DNA of 64,000 nt from the NCBI GenBank assembly GCA_958295925.1, contig CATQHL010000001.1, forward strand, positions 1,249,753 to 1,313,752, in the 5' to 3' direction. Shown piece after piece: positions 35,599 through 46,008 of the stretch. Made by a program: the position numbers and the translations under genes. Positions within the stretch are counted from its first letter, which is position 1; the number at the start of each line of letters is the position of its first letter. The notes under the pieces were generated by a model. That model had not been told where the DNA came from and ran no database searches. It was given only the letters and a program-made list of their open reading frames with translations. The stretch is from an uncultured Acidimicrobiales bacterium. GTDB lineage: Bacteria > Actinomycetota > Acidimicrobiia > Acidimicrobiales > CATQHL01.

Positions 35599-37155
35599 TC
35601 AGCCGCCGAGCACTGCAAGCGTGGCGTCGCCCGCCAGGTTCAGCAGAGGGGCTGGCCATACGCCGAAGAACAGCGTCACCGCAGCGCAGACAGCCACCAC
35701 GAAGCCGACAGAGCGGGGAACAGCCACAGGCGGGCGCGAATCCGAGTCCTCGTCGCCTGAACGCGAGTCATCCGCCAAGCCGACGCCCGACTTCTGCGAC
35801 GCAAGGGCGTCGCCGTCCGCGCCGGGGCGCACAAGATACATCCGCACCACCAGGCGCAGATACACGAACGCCGCCACCACGGCGCCGAGCATCGACACGG
35901 CAGCCAGCCAGTAGGTGCGAGACTGCACGGCTGCGCCGATCACTTCGAACTTGGCCCAGAAGCCCGTGGTGAACGGCAGGCCGGCCTGGGCCAGCAACAG
36001 CAGCGTGAAACCCAGTGCCAGCCAGGGCGACCGACGTGCCAGGCCGTCGTAGGCCGCGAGCGGCTGAGAGCCGGAGGCGTCTCGTCCCATGACCATGACC
36101 ACTGCGAAACTGCCCAGGGCCATGAAGGCGTAGACGCCCAGGTAGAGGAGGGAGGCCGAGGTGCCGTTGGCGCCGGCCGACTCCAGTCCGACCAGGATGA
36201 ATCCGGCATGGCCGATGGATGAGTAGGCAAGCAGCCTGCGCACGTCGCCGGAAATGACCCCGAGGGCCGATCCCGCCAGCACTGTGATCACTGCAACTAC
36301 CGCAACGGCTGGCCGCCAGTCGGCGCTGCTCGCGGAGAACGTTCCGGCGAAGAGACGCAGCAGGGCGGCGAAACCCGCTGCCTTCACCCCGGCCGCCATG
36401 TAGGCAACGGCAGGTGAGGGTGCGCCTTCGTAAACGTCGGGCGTCCAGGCGTGGAAGGGCACGGCGGCCACCTTGAAGAACAGGCCGACCAGCAGCAGGG
36501 CGAAACCGGCCAGGAGCATGCCCCGGGCGTTCGAGCCTGCGCCTGCGGCCAGGGCGGCCGCTACGGAATCCAGCTTCGTCGAACCTGCGGCCCCGTAAAT
36601 GAGAGCCGCCCCGTAGAGAAAGAAGGCCGAGGCGAACGCCCCCAGCACGAAGTACTTGAGGCCGGCTTCCTGAGACCCCGCTCGACGCAAGTCGAGGGCC
36701 GCCAGCACGTACGCCGCAATGGAGAGCACTTCCAGACCCAGGAAGAGCACGATCAGGTCGTTGGCCGACGCAAGGGTCACCCCCCCGGCGGCCGAGAGCA
36801 GCAGAAGAACGCTGAACTCCTCGGGAGGGAGGCCGGCTCGACGGATAGAGAAAGGTGCGAACACCAGCGCCAGGAGAGCGGCGATCACTACGACCCCGCT
36901 CAGGAAGACGGCGAACCCGTCGATCTGAACCGTGCCGGCGATTGTGCTGAACGCTCCGCGTGAGGGATCCTGCACCCGCACCCACTGCCAGACGACGCTG
37001 CCGAAAGCGGCCAGCGTGAGACCGATGCCCAAGACGTTGGGCAGCCACCACGGCGCCCGCTTGCGAACCAGGGTTCCCAGCGTGAGCATCACCAGCGAAC
37101 CGCCGCCCAGGAAAATCTGGGGCAACAGGGCAGCCCAGTCCACTGAAGGGCTCAT
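35599..37155 (-). CDS. nuoN: NADH-quinone oxidoreductase subunit N (operon 2)
   Basis: 518 aa; contains FKVAAVPFHAWTPDVYEGAPSPAVAY; last gene of the operon. Confidence 0.9.
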   Translation of the reverse strand: MSPSVDWAALLPQIFLGGGSLVMLTLGTLVRKRAPWWLPNVLGIGLTLAAFGSVVWQWVRVQDPSRGAFSTIAGTVQIDGFAVFLSGVVVIAALLALVFAPFSIRRAGLPPEEFSVLLLLSAAGGVTLASANDLIVLFLGLEVLSIAAYVLAALDLRRAGSQEAGLKYFVLGAFASAFFLYGAALIYGAAGSTKLDSVAAALAAGAGSNARGMLLAGFALLLVGLFFKVAAVPFHAWTPDVYEGAPSPAVAYMAAGVKAAGFAALLRLFAGTFSASSADWRPAVAVVAVITVLAGSALGVISGDVRRLLAYSSIGHAGFILVGLESAGANGTSASLLYLGVYAFMALGSFAVVMVMGRDASGSQPLAAYDGLARRSPWLALGFTLLLLAQAGLPFTTGFWAKFEVIGAAVQSRTYWLAAVSMLGAVVAAFVYLRLVVRMYLVRPGADGDALASQKSGVGLADDSRSGDEDSDSRPPVAVPRSVGFVVAVCAAVTLFFGVWPAPLLNLAGDATLAVLGG

Positions 37156-38714
37156 GGCGACGCCTGCCCGACGGATGGACGGGCGGAATCCGCCCCGGAC
37201 GGGGCGTGCTCCTCCAGATGCTGCACCAGATGCTCCACCGAGGGCTCCATGCGATCGAGCACCGGTCGGGGGTAGATGCCCAGGAAAAGGATGAGCGCAA
37301 GCAGCGGCGCCACCACCAGGCGCTCCCGCCAGGAGAGGTCGGGCAACTTGGCGTTCTCACCGGTCGCGCGGCCCCAGAACACCCGACCGAAGGCCCAGAG
37401 CAGGTAGACGGCGGCAAGGATCACGCCGACAGTGGCGGCTACAGCCCACCAGCGGTGCGAGGAAAACGCTCCCAGCAGCACCAGGAACTCGCCTACAAAC
37501 CCGTTGAGGCCTGGAAGCCCCACGGAGGCGAGCGTCACCAGCAGGAACACGGCGGCCATAATCGGGGCGGGGCGCGCCAAGCCACCCAACTCGGATATCT
37601 CCCGCGTGTGCCGGCGTTCGTAGAGCCAGCCCACCAGCAGGAACAGCGCGCCGGTGGTGATGCCGTGGTTCACCATCTGGAGAAGACCGCCGCTAAGGCC
37701 CTCGACGTTGAGTGCGAAGATGCCCAGGACGATGAAACCCAGGTGTGCCACAGAGGAGTAGGCGATTAGACGTTTGAGGTCGCGCTGCATGGCGGCCACC
37801 GCCGCGCCGTAGACAATTCCCACCACCCCGAAGGTGAGCATGAGCGGCGCAAAGAAGCGGGAGGCCTCTGGAAACAGATAGAGCCCGAAGCGCACGAACC
37901 CGTAGGTGCCCAGCTTCAGCAGCACGCCAGCCAAAATCACAGAACCCGCTGTGGGGGCATCGGTGTGGGCGTCGGGCAGCCAGGTGTGCAGACCGGCCAA
38001 CGGCACCTTCACCGCGAATCCCAGGGCGAAGGCCAGGAACGCCCACCGGGCGGCGGAAGCGGAAATCACCTGGCTCTCGGCGATGGTCACAAGATCAAAG
38101 GTGAGTGGGACGCCGGCTGCGGCTGAATGCAGGAAAGCCGTGGCGAGCACCCCGACGAGCATCAGGGCGGACCCGAACATCGTGAAGAGAAAGAACTTCA
38201 CCGCCGAACGGCGGGCGTTGCCGTGCCCCCACTGCCCGATAAGGAAGTACATAGGAACCAGCACGACCTCGAAGAAGAGGAAGAACAGGAGCAAGTCAAG
38301 CGCCAGGAAGACACCCAGGCAGCCGAACTCCAAGATCAGCAGCCAGACGAAGTACGACTTCCGGTCTCTCGAAGGGGAGGCGGCGAGGGTGGCAAGCGGG
38401 AACAGCAATGCCGTGAGCGCCAGCATGAACAGCGAGATTCCGTCTACCCCGAGCTTCCAGCTGAACCCGATCCGGGAGACCCAGCTCTGGTCAATCAAAT
38501 AGGCGAAGCCTCCGGCCCCGGCGGTGTAGTCCACCACCACCCAGGCCACGAGCGCAGCGGCGGCCAGCATGAACAGCGCGGCGACGGGCTGAAGCATCGA
38601 CGAGCGGCGCGGAAGCACCGCCAGCACCACGGCGCCGACGAGCGGCGTCAGCACCACGGCCACAAGCACGGCGGGAAAATCCGGCGTGGAGGCGGCAGCC
38701 AGCACCACGTCCAT
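37152..38714 (-). CDS. nuoM: NADH-quinone oxidoreductase subunit M (operon 2)
   Basis: 520 aa; contains FAVKVPLAGLHTWLPDAHTDAPTAGSVILAG; 4-nt overlap with nuoN. Confidence 0.9.
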   Translation of the reverse strand: MDVVLAAASTPDFPAVLVAVVLTPLVGAVVLAVLPRRSSMLQPVAALFMLAAAALVAWVVVDYTAGAGGFAYLIDQSWVSRIGFSWKLGVDGISLFMLALTALLFPLATLAASPSRDRKSYFVWLLILEFGCLGVFLALDLLLFFLFFEVVLVPMYFLIGQWGHGNARRSAVKFFLFTMFGSALMLVGVLATAFLHSAAAGVPLTFDLVTIAESQVISASAARWAFLAFALGFAVKVPLAGLHTWLPDAHTDAPTAGSVILAGVLLKLGTYGFVRFGLYLFPEASRFFAPLMLTFGVVGIVYGAAVAAMQRDLKRLIAYSSVAHLGFIVLGIFALNVEGLSGGLLQMVNHGITTGALFLLVGWLYERRHTREISELGGLARPAPIMAAVFLLVTLASVGLPGLNGFVGEFLVLLGAFSSHRWWAVAATVGVILAAVYLLWAFGRVFWGRATGENAKLPDLSWRERLVVAPLLALILFLGIYPRPVLDRMEPSVEHLVQHLEEHAPSGADSARPSVGQASP

Positions 38715-40594
38715 CAGAGGCCCGCCCGCACCAGGAAGTAGATCATCAGGGCCACGGCCCCCGCAGCCAGCGCAAGTGCGTACCGGCGCACCAACCCGTT
38801 CTGAACCCTTCGCAGCAACCCGCCGGCGCGCCGAGGCAGGGCGGCAACCTGCTTTACCGCTCCATCTACCACTGAGGCGTCAAAACGTGCCAGGGCGGAA
38901 AAAAGGCCCTTGCCTGGGCCGCCGACGAAGTTGCTCACAGCGTCGTCGTAACCCCAGGCGCGGGCAAAAACCCGACGCTCGATCTTCTCTGGCGGCACCC
39001 GCCCCCGCAGATAGATGGCCCAGGCCGCCAGCAGGCCCGCCGCGGCGGCCACGATCGCGGCGGCGGCCAGAACCCACTTGGTGCCGCCACCGAACCCCGG
39101 CTCGGCGGAGTGATGTCCAAGGGACGGCTCAAGCCAACGACCAAGGAATTCCACGCCGTGCGAAAACGGCAGGTTGAGCACACCTGCGGTCGCAGCCAGG
39201 GCGGCCAGCGCAATCAGGGGGATGGTCATCAACCGGGGGGACTCGTGAGGGTCTGCCTCGTCGGCGTTCCAGCGTCTCTCACCGAAGAAGGTCAGAAACA
39301 TCAGGCGGCTCATGTAGAGGGCGGTGAGAAGCGCCGCCAGCAGCAGGAGCGCCCAGATGACCTTGTTGTAGCCCCACGCCCCTGCCAGGATTTCATCCTT
39401 TGACCAGAACCCCGAAAACGGCGGCACCCCCGCAATGGCCAGCCATCCCACCCCGAACGTCAGGGTGGTGACGGGCATCAGGCGCGCCAGCCCCCCGTAG
39501 CGACGTATGTCCTGCTGACCGCCCATCCCGTGGATGACCGACCCTGCGGCCAGGAACAGCAGCGCCTTGAAGAAGGCGTGCGTGACCATGTGGAAGATGG
39601 CCGCCGTGTAGGCACCCGCCCCGACGGCTGCGAACATGAAGCCGAGCTGGCTGATGGTGCTGTAGGCCAGCACCTTTTTGATGTCGCTGGCGGCCAGGGC
39701 GATGGTGGCGGCCAGGGCCGCCGTCGCAAGGGCGACGCCAGTTATAACGTCGCCCAGCCAGGGCGAGGACTCCTCCAGCAGGGGGCTGAAGCGCACCAGG
39801 AGATACACCCCGGAGGTGACCATCGTTGCGGCGTGGATCAGCGCCGAGACTGGTGTGGGGCCGGCCATTGCGTCGGGCAGCCATACGTAGAGCGGGAACT
39901 GAGCCGACTTCCCTGCGGCGCCCAGCATCAGGCACAGGAGAATGGCGGTTGCCGTGCTGTTGGCTGCGTGCCCCTCAAGGATGCCGGCGTAGCTGAGCGT
40001 CCCGTAGGCGCCGAACGCGAAGAACATCGCCAACAGGAAGCCGAAGTCGCCCACCCGGTTTGTGATGAAGGCCTTCTTTCCCGCCACGGCGTTGGCCTCC
40101 TCGCCGTACCAGAAGGAAATCAGCAGGTAGGAGCAGGCACCCACGCCCTCCCAGCCAAGGAACGTCACCAGCAGGTTGTCGCCCAGAACCAGCAGGAGCA
40201 TTGAGAACACGAACAGGTTGAGATACAGAAAAAAACGCGGGTAGTTCTCGTCGCCGTGCATGTAGGCGATGGAGTAGACGTGAATCAGGGCGCTGACGCC
40301 TGTGATGAAAAGGATCATCGTGACCGACAGGGGATCCACCAGGAATCCGAGGTCGGCTGAGAAGTCTCCGATCGGCACCCAGCTGAACAGCTTGACGACG
40401 ACCGAACGCTCGTGGCCATCGAGGCTCAGCAGACCGCCGAGCACCACCAGGGAGGCCGCGAAGGAGATGCCGACCGCGGCTGTGGCGAGTTGGCCCGACC
40501 GCGGCTCACCCAGGCGTCGGCCAAAGAGTGTCAGTGCCGCCACACCCACCAGCGGTGCCAACGGGACTACCCAGATGAGCTCCGCCAGAGCCAA
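38714..40594 (-). CDS. nuoL: NADH-quinone oxidoreductase subunit L (operon 2)
   Basis: 626 aa; contains GWEGVGACSYLLISFWY and KSAQFPLYVWLPDAMAGPTPVSALIHAATMV. Confidence 0.9.
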   Translation of the reverse strand: MALAELIWVVPLAPLVGVAALTLFGRRLGEPRSGQLATAAVGISFAASLVVLGGLLSLDGHERSVVVKLFSWVPIGDFSADLGFLVDPLSVTMILFITGVSALIHVYSIAYMHGDENYPRFFLYLNLFVFSMLLLVLGDNLLVTFLGWEGVGACSYLLISFWYGEEANAVAGKKAFITNRVGDFGFLLAMFFAFGAYGTLSYAGILEGHAANSTATAILLCLMLGAAGKSAQFPLYVWLPDAMAGPTPVSALIHAATMVTSGVYLLVRFSPLLEESSPWLGDVITGVALATAALAATIALAASDIKKVLAYSTISQLGFMFAAVGAGAYTAAIFHMVTHAFFKALLFLAAGSVIHGMGGQQDIRRYGGLARLMPVTTLTFGVGWLAIAGVPPFSGFWSKDEILAGAWGYNKVIWALLLLAALLTALYMSRLMFLTFFGERRWNADEADPHESPRLMTIPLIALAALAATAGVLNLPFSHGVEFLGRWLEPSLGHHSAEPGFGGGTKWVLAAAAIVAAAAGLLAAWAIYLRGRVPPEKIERRVFARAWGYDDAVSNFVGGPGKGLFSALARFDASVVDGAVKQVAALPRRAGGLLRRVQNGLVRRYALALAAGAVALMIYFLVRAGL

Positions 40595-40606
40595 GACCGG
40601 CGCCTC

Positions 40607-40909
40607 TCAGCCGCTCAGGGAAGACACGTCGTCGGCGGTTGCCCCGGGGCGACGCCGCATGACGGCCACCACGATTGCCAGCCCAACCACCGCCTCGGCT
40701 GCGGCAACGACCAGCACGAAGAGGACGGATATCTGCCCGCCCAGATCACCCATCTGCCGCGCAAGGGCCACGAAGGTGACGCTCACGGCGTTCAGCATGA
40801 GTTCCACGCACATGAACATCACCAAGGGGTTTCGCCGCACGAGCAGCCCGAAGGTGCCAAGGGCGAAGACGACGGCACCGAGGGCCAAGTACCAATACGT
40901 GGCGACCAT
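40607..40909 (-). CDS. nuoK: NADH-quinone oxidoreductase subunit K (operon 2)
   Basis: Track ORF 40607..41020 trimmed to ATG 40909 (residue 38, MVATYWYLALGAVVF...). Contains CVELMLNAVSVTFVAL and AAAEAVVGLAIVV. Confidence 0.9.
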   Translation of the reverse strand: MVATYWYLALGAVVFALGTFGLLVRRNPLVMFMCVELMLNAVSVTFVALARQMGDLGGQISVLFVLVVAAAEAVVGLAIVVAVMRRRPGATADDVSSLSG

Positions 40910-40911
40910 GC

Positions 40912-41520
40912 TCAGTGCGCCTGCTCGGCGCCGTCCGGCTGCCGGCGCGGCCGGCGGGCCAGTGCGACGGCCCCCACCACGGAGATCGTGAGGAGCAGGC
41001 CTGTCAGCTGAAACGCCCACACGTAGTCTCCGAAGACCCCTGCGGCAATCTGGCGGATGTTGCTGGCCTGCTCGGTGCCGTCAGGGCACTCAAGCGCAAG
41101 AGGCGACTCTGAGGCGCCGACCGGCAGACCTGTGCAGCTGTCCAATGCCGGAAAGTCACCCTGCCGCACCCCGAGACCGTCGAAACCCACCATGAACAGG
41201 AGGGCCAGTACCAGCACACCCACCCCGACCGCCAAAGCGACGGGGCGCTGCCCGCCGATGGGCTCGGTTCGCAGGCTCTCGGCCCGGTCCACCCCCAGGA
41301 GCATGATCACGAACAGGAACAGAACCACGATGGCGCCGGCGTACACCACCACCTGCACAACCCCAAGGAAGTGGGCGTCGAGGGTAAGGAACAGCACTGC
41401 CACCCCAAACAGCGAGGCCACCAGCGAAAGGGCCGAGTGGACGGGGTTGCGGAAAATAATCACGCCCAACGCGCCAGCCACGATGATGACGGCGCAGACG
41501 GAGAAGACGGCGACAGCCAT
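40912..41520 (-). CDS. nuoJ: NADH-quinone oxidoreductase subunit J (operon 2)
   Basis: Track ORF 40912..42084 overlaps nuoI out of frame. I trimmed it to ATG 41520 (residue 189, [34 protein letters not shown]...). Confidence 0.85.
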   Translation of the reverse strand: MAVAVFSVCAVIIVAGALGVIIFRNPVHSALSLVASLFGVAVLFLTLDAHFLGVVQVVVYAGAIVVLFLFVIMLLGVDRAESLRTEPIGGQRPVALAVGVGVLVLALLFMVGFDGLGVRQGDFPALDSCTGLPVGASESPLALECPDGTEQASNIRQIAAGVFGDYVWAFQLTGLLLTISVVGAVALARRPRRQPDGAEQAH

Positions 41521-42230
41521 CAGTTCTCGTGAGACTCGGGGTCGAAGTCCTCCGGGGCGCCAAGGGCTGAAGTGGGCGTTGAGTGTGATGAGCCTGTCTC
41601 TCCCGAGGATTCCCTGACCTCCCCGGCCGCCTGCCCAGGCCCCTCGGCCGCCTGCCCCAATTCGGCTGGGCGAAGGCCGTAGCCAAGCTCGGGCGACCAG
41701 GCCGCCCGGCCCTCCCAGGCCGCCGATCCTGATGGCGAAGTGGCGCGCATCCAGGCAGATGTGTGCCGGTCGTCGCCCTCCCGCCAGTCCTCCCAGGGCA
41801 TCTGACGGGGGCGGCCATCGTCGTCCACCAGCAGTTCGTCCTTTGTGTAAATTGCGTCGCTTCGGGAAGTGAAGGAGAACTCGAAGAGCTTGGACTCGGT
41901 GATGGCCTCTGTCGGACAGGCCTCCACGCACAGGTCGCAGTGGATGCATCGCAGGTAGTTGATCTCGTACACGTAGCCGTAGCGCTCCCCCGGGGCTACG
42001 GGTGAGTCCGGGGGGTTGTCGGCACCCCGCACGTAGATGCATTTTGCCGGACAGACGCCGGCGCAGAGCTCGCAGCCGATGCATTTCTCCATGCCGTCGG
42101 GATAGCGGCCCAGCACGTGGCGTCCGTGAAAGCGCTCGGGCTTCGGACGCTTCTCCGCCGGATACTTGGTGGTGACGCGCTTCTCAAAGAGCTTGTGGAA
42201 CGTAACCCCGAATCCCCGCAGAAAGCTCAC
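41520..42230 (-). CDS. nuoI: NADH-quinone oxidoreductase subunit I (operon 2), 2x[4Fe-4S], with a ~70-aa C-terminal extension
   Basis: 236 aa; contains [12 protein letters not shown] and [12 protein letters not shown]. The tail after ~residue 165 is low-complexity. Confidence 0.9.
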   Translation of the reverse strand: MSFLRGFGVTFHKLFEKRVTTKYPAEKRPKPERFHGRHVLGRYPDGMEKCIGCELCAGVCPAKCIYVRGADNPPDSPVAPGERYGYVYEINYLRCIHCDLCVEACPTEAITESKLFEFSFTSRSDAIYTKDELLVDDDGRPRQMPWEDWREGDDRHTSAWMRATSPSGSAAWEGRAAWSPELGYGLRPAELGQAAEGPGQAAGEVRESSGETGSSHSTPTSALGAPEDFDPESHEN

Positions 42231-42232
42231 GA

Positions 42233-43486
42233 TTACGATCCCTTCTCAGGCTCGCCGACATTCACGGCTTCGCCTGCGTCGGCTTCAGCATCGGCCAACT
42301 CGCCGGATTCGCGGCGTCCCGACCGCACCGCCAACCTCAGCAGCACGCCTGCCGCGGCACCCGCCGCCACGCAGACCACTACCACCGCAGCCGTGTTCCA
42401 GCCCCGGTCACGGCCCACCCGCAGAGCCCCCAACAGCAGCAGCCACCCCAGCGAGAGCGGGATGAGGAACTTCCAGCCCACGTCCATTAGTTGGTCGTAG
42501 CGAAGGCGCGGCAGCGTGGCGCGGAACCAGACGAACATGAACAGAAGCGCCACGAGCTTCACGAAGAACCATACGACGCCCCATATCCAGCTGGCGCGCT
42601 CAGTAAGTACCGGGCCGTCGGGGCCGCCCAGGAAGAGCGTGACGATGATCGCCGACATGGTGATCACGTTCATGAACTCGGCCAGGAAGAAGAGGGCGAA
42701 GCGAATCGAGCTGTATTCGGTGTGGAAGCCGCCCACCAACTCCTGCTCGGCCTCCACCAAGTCGAACGGGGGACGGTTGAGCTCGGCTGTGGCGGCAATC
42801 ACGAACACAAGGGCGGGCACCAGTCCCGTCACCCAGAGGTTCCAGTTCCAGCCACCCTGGGCAGCCACGATCTCGTGGGTGGACAGGCTTCCCGCTTGAA
42901 GCAGCACGGCCGCCAGCGAGAGCCCCAGGGCCGCCTCGTAGGAGATCATCTGGGCTGAGGCGCGCACCGAGCCGAGCAGCGAGTACTTCGATCCCGATGA
43001 CCAGCCGGCGAGCATTATCCCGTAGACCGCCGCCGACGAAAGCGCCAGCACCAGCAGGATGCCCACGTGCGGGTCTGCCACCTGAAGAAAGGTGGAGTTC
43101 CCGAACCAGGTCACCGTGCCGTCGCCCGACGTGAAGTTGCCCCCCACTGGCACCACCGAAAACACCAGAAACGCCGGCACCAGGGACATGTACGGGGCCA
43201 GCCGGTAGACCAGCCGGTCGGATTTGGCCGGGCGGAGGTCTTCCTTGAAGAAGAGCTTCACGCCGTCGGCAAGCGTCTGGAGGATTCCCCAAGGCCCCGC
43301 CCGGGCAGGCCCGATGCGGTTCTGCATGTCCCCCACCAGCTTGCGCTCGAACCAGATCATCAACATCACGGCCACGAGCAGCAGCCCAAACGCACCCACG
43401 ACCTTGATAATCAGAATCAGCGCCTCGCTCAGGCCGAAGCCTCCTATGTACGCAGGGTCGAGGGCGAAGACGCTCATGTGTGTCAA
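42233..43486 (-). CDS. nuoH: NADH-quinone oxidoreductase subunit H (operon 2)
   Basis: 417 aa; contains [26 protein letters not shown] and [21 protein letters not shown]. Confidence 0.9.
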   Translation of the reverse strand: MTHMSVFALDPAYIGGFGLSEALILIIKVVGAFGLLLVAVMLMIWFERKLVGDMQNRIGPARAGPWGILQTLADGVKLFFKEDLRPAKSDRLVYRLAPYMSLVPAFLVFSVVPVGGNFTSGDGTVTWFGNSTFLQVADPHVGILLVLALSSAAVYGIMLAGWSSGSKYSLLGSVRASAQMISYEAALGLSLAAVLLQAGSLSTHEIVAAQGGWNWNLWVTGLVPALVFVIAATAELNRPPFDLVEAEQELVGGFHTEYSSIRFALFFLAEFMNVITMSAIIVTLFLGGPDGPVLTERASWIWGVVWFFVKLVALLFMFVWFRATLPRLRYDQLMDVGWKFLIPLSLGWLLLLGALRVGRDRGWNTAAVVVVCVAAGAAAGVLLRLAVRSGRRESGELADAEADAGEAVNVGEPEKGS

Positions 43487-46008
43487 GTCAGGCTTGCGGC
43501 TTCAATGCGGACTTCGCAAACGGCATCTCCCGGCGACAGCAGGAGGCGCGGATCGCCACCAGCGGTGTTCTGCGCAAGGGCGGCGACTGCGGGAGGCACT
43601 CGGTCGTCGGGCTTCGCCGTGGCCACGAGCGAACCAGCAGATGAAGTGACAACCACTGCACCGTCCCCTCCCACGCCCAGCCGCTCGTAGTCTGCGACGT
43701 TCAGCCGCAGCCGCCCAGGACGGGCCTTGGCCGCCAAGGACGGACAGTTCCCCACCACCGTCCCGCCGTCGTAGACGGTGCGGTCGGCGACAAGCCGGAA
43801 GGAGTAGCCGTCGAAGGGCACCACTGCCGCTTCGGGCGGCTCAAGGTCGGCGAGCCTCAACGCTTCAGGGCGCAATGGCTCGCCATCGGCCGGCGGAGGC
43901 GCCTGGAGCAGCACGCCGTCGAGGTCGGTGCGCAAGGCTTCCCAACTCGCCCCTGAGTGCAGGGGGGAGAGCCGAGCCAACTCCTCCCAGGCGTCACGCG
44001 GGGAGGATATCCCCAGGTCGCCGCCCAGCAGGCGGGCCAACTCGGCGGCTATCTGCCAGTCCCTGCGGGCTACGCCAGGCGGGGTCACCTGGGCAGTGAC
44101 GGCGGTTGCACGCCCCTCCACGTTCACGTGCGTGCCTTCCCGCTCACCGAAGCCCGCAGCAGGCAGGACGATGTCGGCGCGCCTAACCGAGGCCGTGTTG
44201 AACAGGTCGACTGAAATCAGAGTGGAGACCGCCGAGAGCCCCTCAGAGGCCAGTCGGGAATAGGGGAAGTCGACGACCGGGTCGGCTCCCAGTAGCACCA
44301 GCGTCTTGATTTTTCCCGCTGCAGCCGCCTGAAGAACCTCCTCGGTGCCCAGCCCACGAGCCTCGGGCGCCGCTCCCCAGGCGCTGCGGTACCAGTCGGA
44401 CGCGGAGGCGAGGGTGACACGACCGGGAAGCAGGCCAGGGGCCATGCCCACGTCCAGCGCGCCGACAGTTCCTCCACGCCTCAGCAAAGGAAGAAACCGG
44501 GCCTGCGGAAACTTCCGAGCCAGCAAAATCGCCGCCCGCTCAACCGCCGCCGGGCTTTCCGCCAGCGACGTGCGTCCGAGCAGCACTGTGAGCGGGCGGC
44601 GCTTGAGCATGGAGGCGACAGCGGCCAGCGCCTTCGTCGGCACTCCGGCAACGCTTTCCCCTCGCTGCGGTGAAAGCATGGCCTCTGTGAGGAGGGCCGT
44701 GTCACCAGGCCTGGCGCGCAGCGAGACGGAGGCCAGCGACGAGAGGCTGGTTTCAAGGGGGGTCAGCTCAACGAGGGCGACGTCGTCGTTCAGAAGGGCA
44801 TGCCGAAGCCGCAAATAGAGCGTGCCGAACTCCTCCCGGAGGTCGCCTGAGATCAGCAGCACCGCCCCGCCGGGATGGCAGGCGTCCGCAACAGAGGCGC
44901 GCGGCAGGGCGCAAAGGAGGTCCGCCCATAACCCGTCGCCCATGCGGGCGTCCACATTGTCGGTGCCGACAATTCCCTTGACGAGCTTCACCCAGGCGTA
45001 CTGGTCTTCGGCGCAAAGCCCTGCTCCCCCCAAGATCGCCACAGAGGAGGCCCCGTGAGCGTCGACGGCCTCACGAATAGCGGCAGCCGCCAGGGAAAGG
45101 GCCGAAGACCACGACACGGCCTGCATCTCGCCCGAGGACTCGTCTCGCAGCATCGGCTCCCGCAGCCGATTGGGGCTGTGGACGGCTTCAAAGCTGAAGC
45201 GGTCCCTGTCCGACAGCCAACCATGGTTCACCGCCTCCGAGTCGACCCCCTGCAGGCGGAGAATCTGATTGCGCGAGGCGTGAACGGAGACACGATCGCC
45301 CATTGCGTTGGGATACGTGGAGATGGTCTCCGAGATGTCCCAGGGACGCGCCTTGAAGCGGTAGGGACGGGCGGTGAGGGCGCCGACAGGGCATATCTGC
45401 ACCGTGTTGCCGCTGAAGTAAGAGTCAAACGGGGCCTCGGGGAACGTGTTTACCTGGGTGTGGCTGCCACGATCCTGAAAGCCGATGAGAGGCTCTCCTG
45501 CCACTTCGTCTGCGAACCTTGTGCAGCGGTCGCAGAGTATGCAGCGCTCCCGGTCAAGGAGAATCAGGTCGCTGATGGGGATGGGCTTGGCGAAGTGCCT
45601 CTTCTCCTCTGTAAACCTGCTCTCGCCCGGCCCATAGGCCATCGTCTGGTCCTGCAGCGGGCACTCCCCGCCCTTGTCGCAGACAGGGCAGTCGAGGGGG
45701 TGATTCAGCAGCAGGAACTCCAGCACCCCGTCTTGCGCCCGGGCGGCGGCGTCCGATGCGGTCTCCACCACCATCCCCTCGCTCACCGGGAGCATGCACG
45801 ACGGCTGCAGGGCCGGGCCGCGCCCGGTGTCGACCTCGACGAGGCACATCCTGCACATGCCCACTGAACGCATCCGGGGGTGATAACAGAAGTGGGGAAT
45901 GTAGACGCCAGCCTGCTCACAGGCTGCTATGAGAAGCTGCCCAGGCGCAGCCGTAATCGCCCGACCGTCCACCGTGAGCCGCACGGCGGGGGATTCAACG
46001 ACGGTCAT
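43483..46008 (-). CDS. nuoG: NADH-quinone oxidoreductase subunit G
   Basis: 841 aa; contains IPHFCYHPRMRSVGMCRMCLVEV, HPLDCPVCDKGGECPLQD and CILCDRCTRF. Confidence 0.9.
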   Translation of the reverse strand: MTVVESPAVRLTVDGRAITAAPGQLLIAACEQAGVYIPHFCYHPRMRSVGMCRMCLVEVDTGRGPALQPSCMLPVSEGMVVETASDAAARAQDGVLEFLLLNHPLDCPVCDKGGECPLQDQTMAYGPGESRFTEEKRHFAKPIPISDLILLDRERCILCDRCTRFADEVAGEPLIGFQDRGSHTQVNTFPEAPFDSYFSGNTVQICPVGALTARPYRFKARPWDISETISTYPNAMGDRVSVHASRNQILRLQGVDSEAVNHGWLSDRDRFSFEAVHSPNRLREPMLRDESSGEMQAVSWSSALSLAAAAIREAVDAHGASSVAILGGAGLCAEDQYAWVKLVKGIVGTDNVDARMGDGLWADLLCALPRASVADACHPGGAVLLISGDLREEFGTLYLRLRHALLNDDVALVELTPLETSLSSLASVSLRARPGDTALLTEAMLSPQRGESVAGVPTKALAAVASMLKRRPLTVLLGRTSLAESPAAVERAAILLARKFPQARFLPLLRRGGTVGALDVGMAPGLLPGRVTLASASDWYRSAWGAAPEARGLGTEEVLQAAAAGKIKTLVLLGADPVVDFPYSRLASEGLSAVSTLISVDLFNTASVRRADIVLPAAGFGEREGTHVNVEGRATAVTAQVTPPGVARRDWQIAAELARLLGGDLGISSPRDAWEELARLSPLHSGASWEALRTDLDGVLLQAPPPADGEPLRPEALRLADLEPPEAAVVPFDGYSFRLVADRTVYDGGTVVGNCPSLAAKARPGRLRLNVADYERLGVGGDGAVVVTSSAGSLVATAKPDDRVPPAVAALAQNTAGGDPRLLLSPGDAVCEVRIEAASLT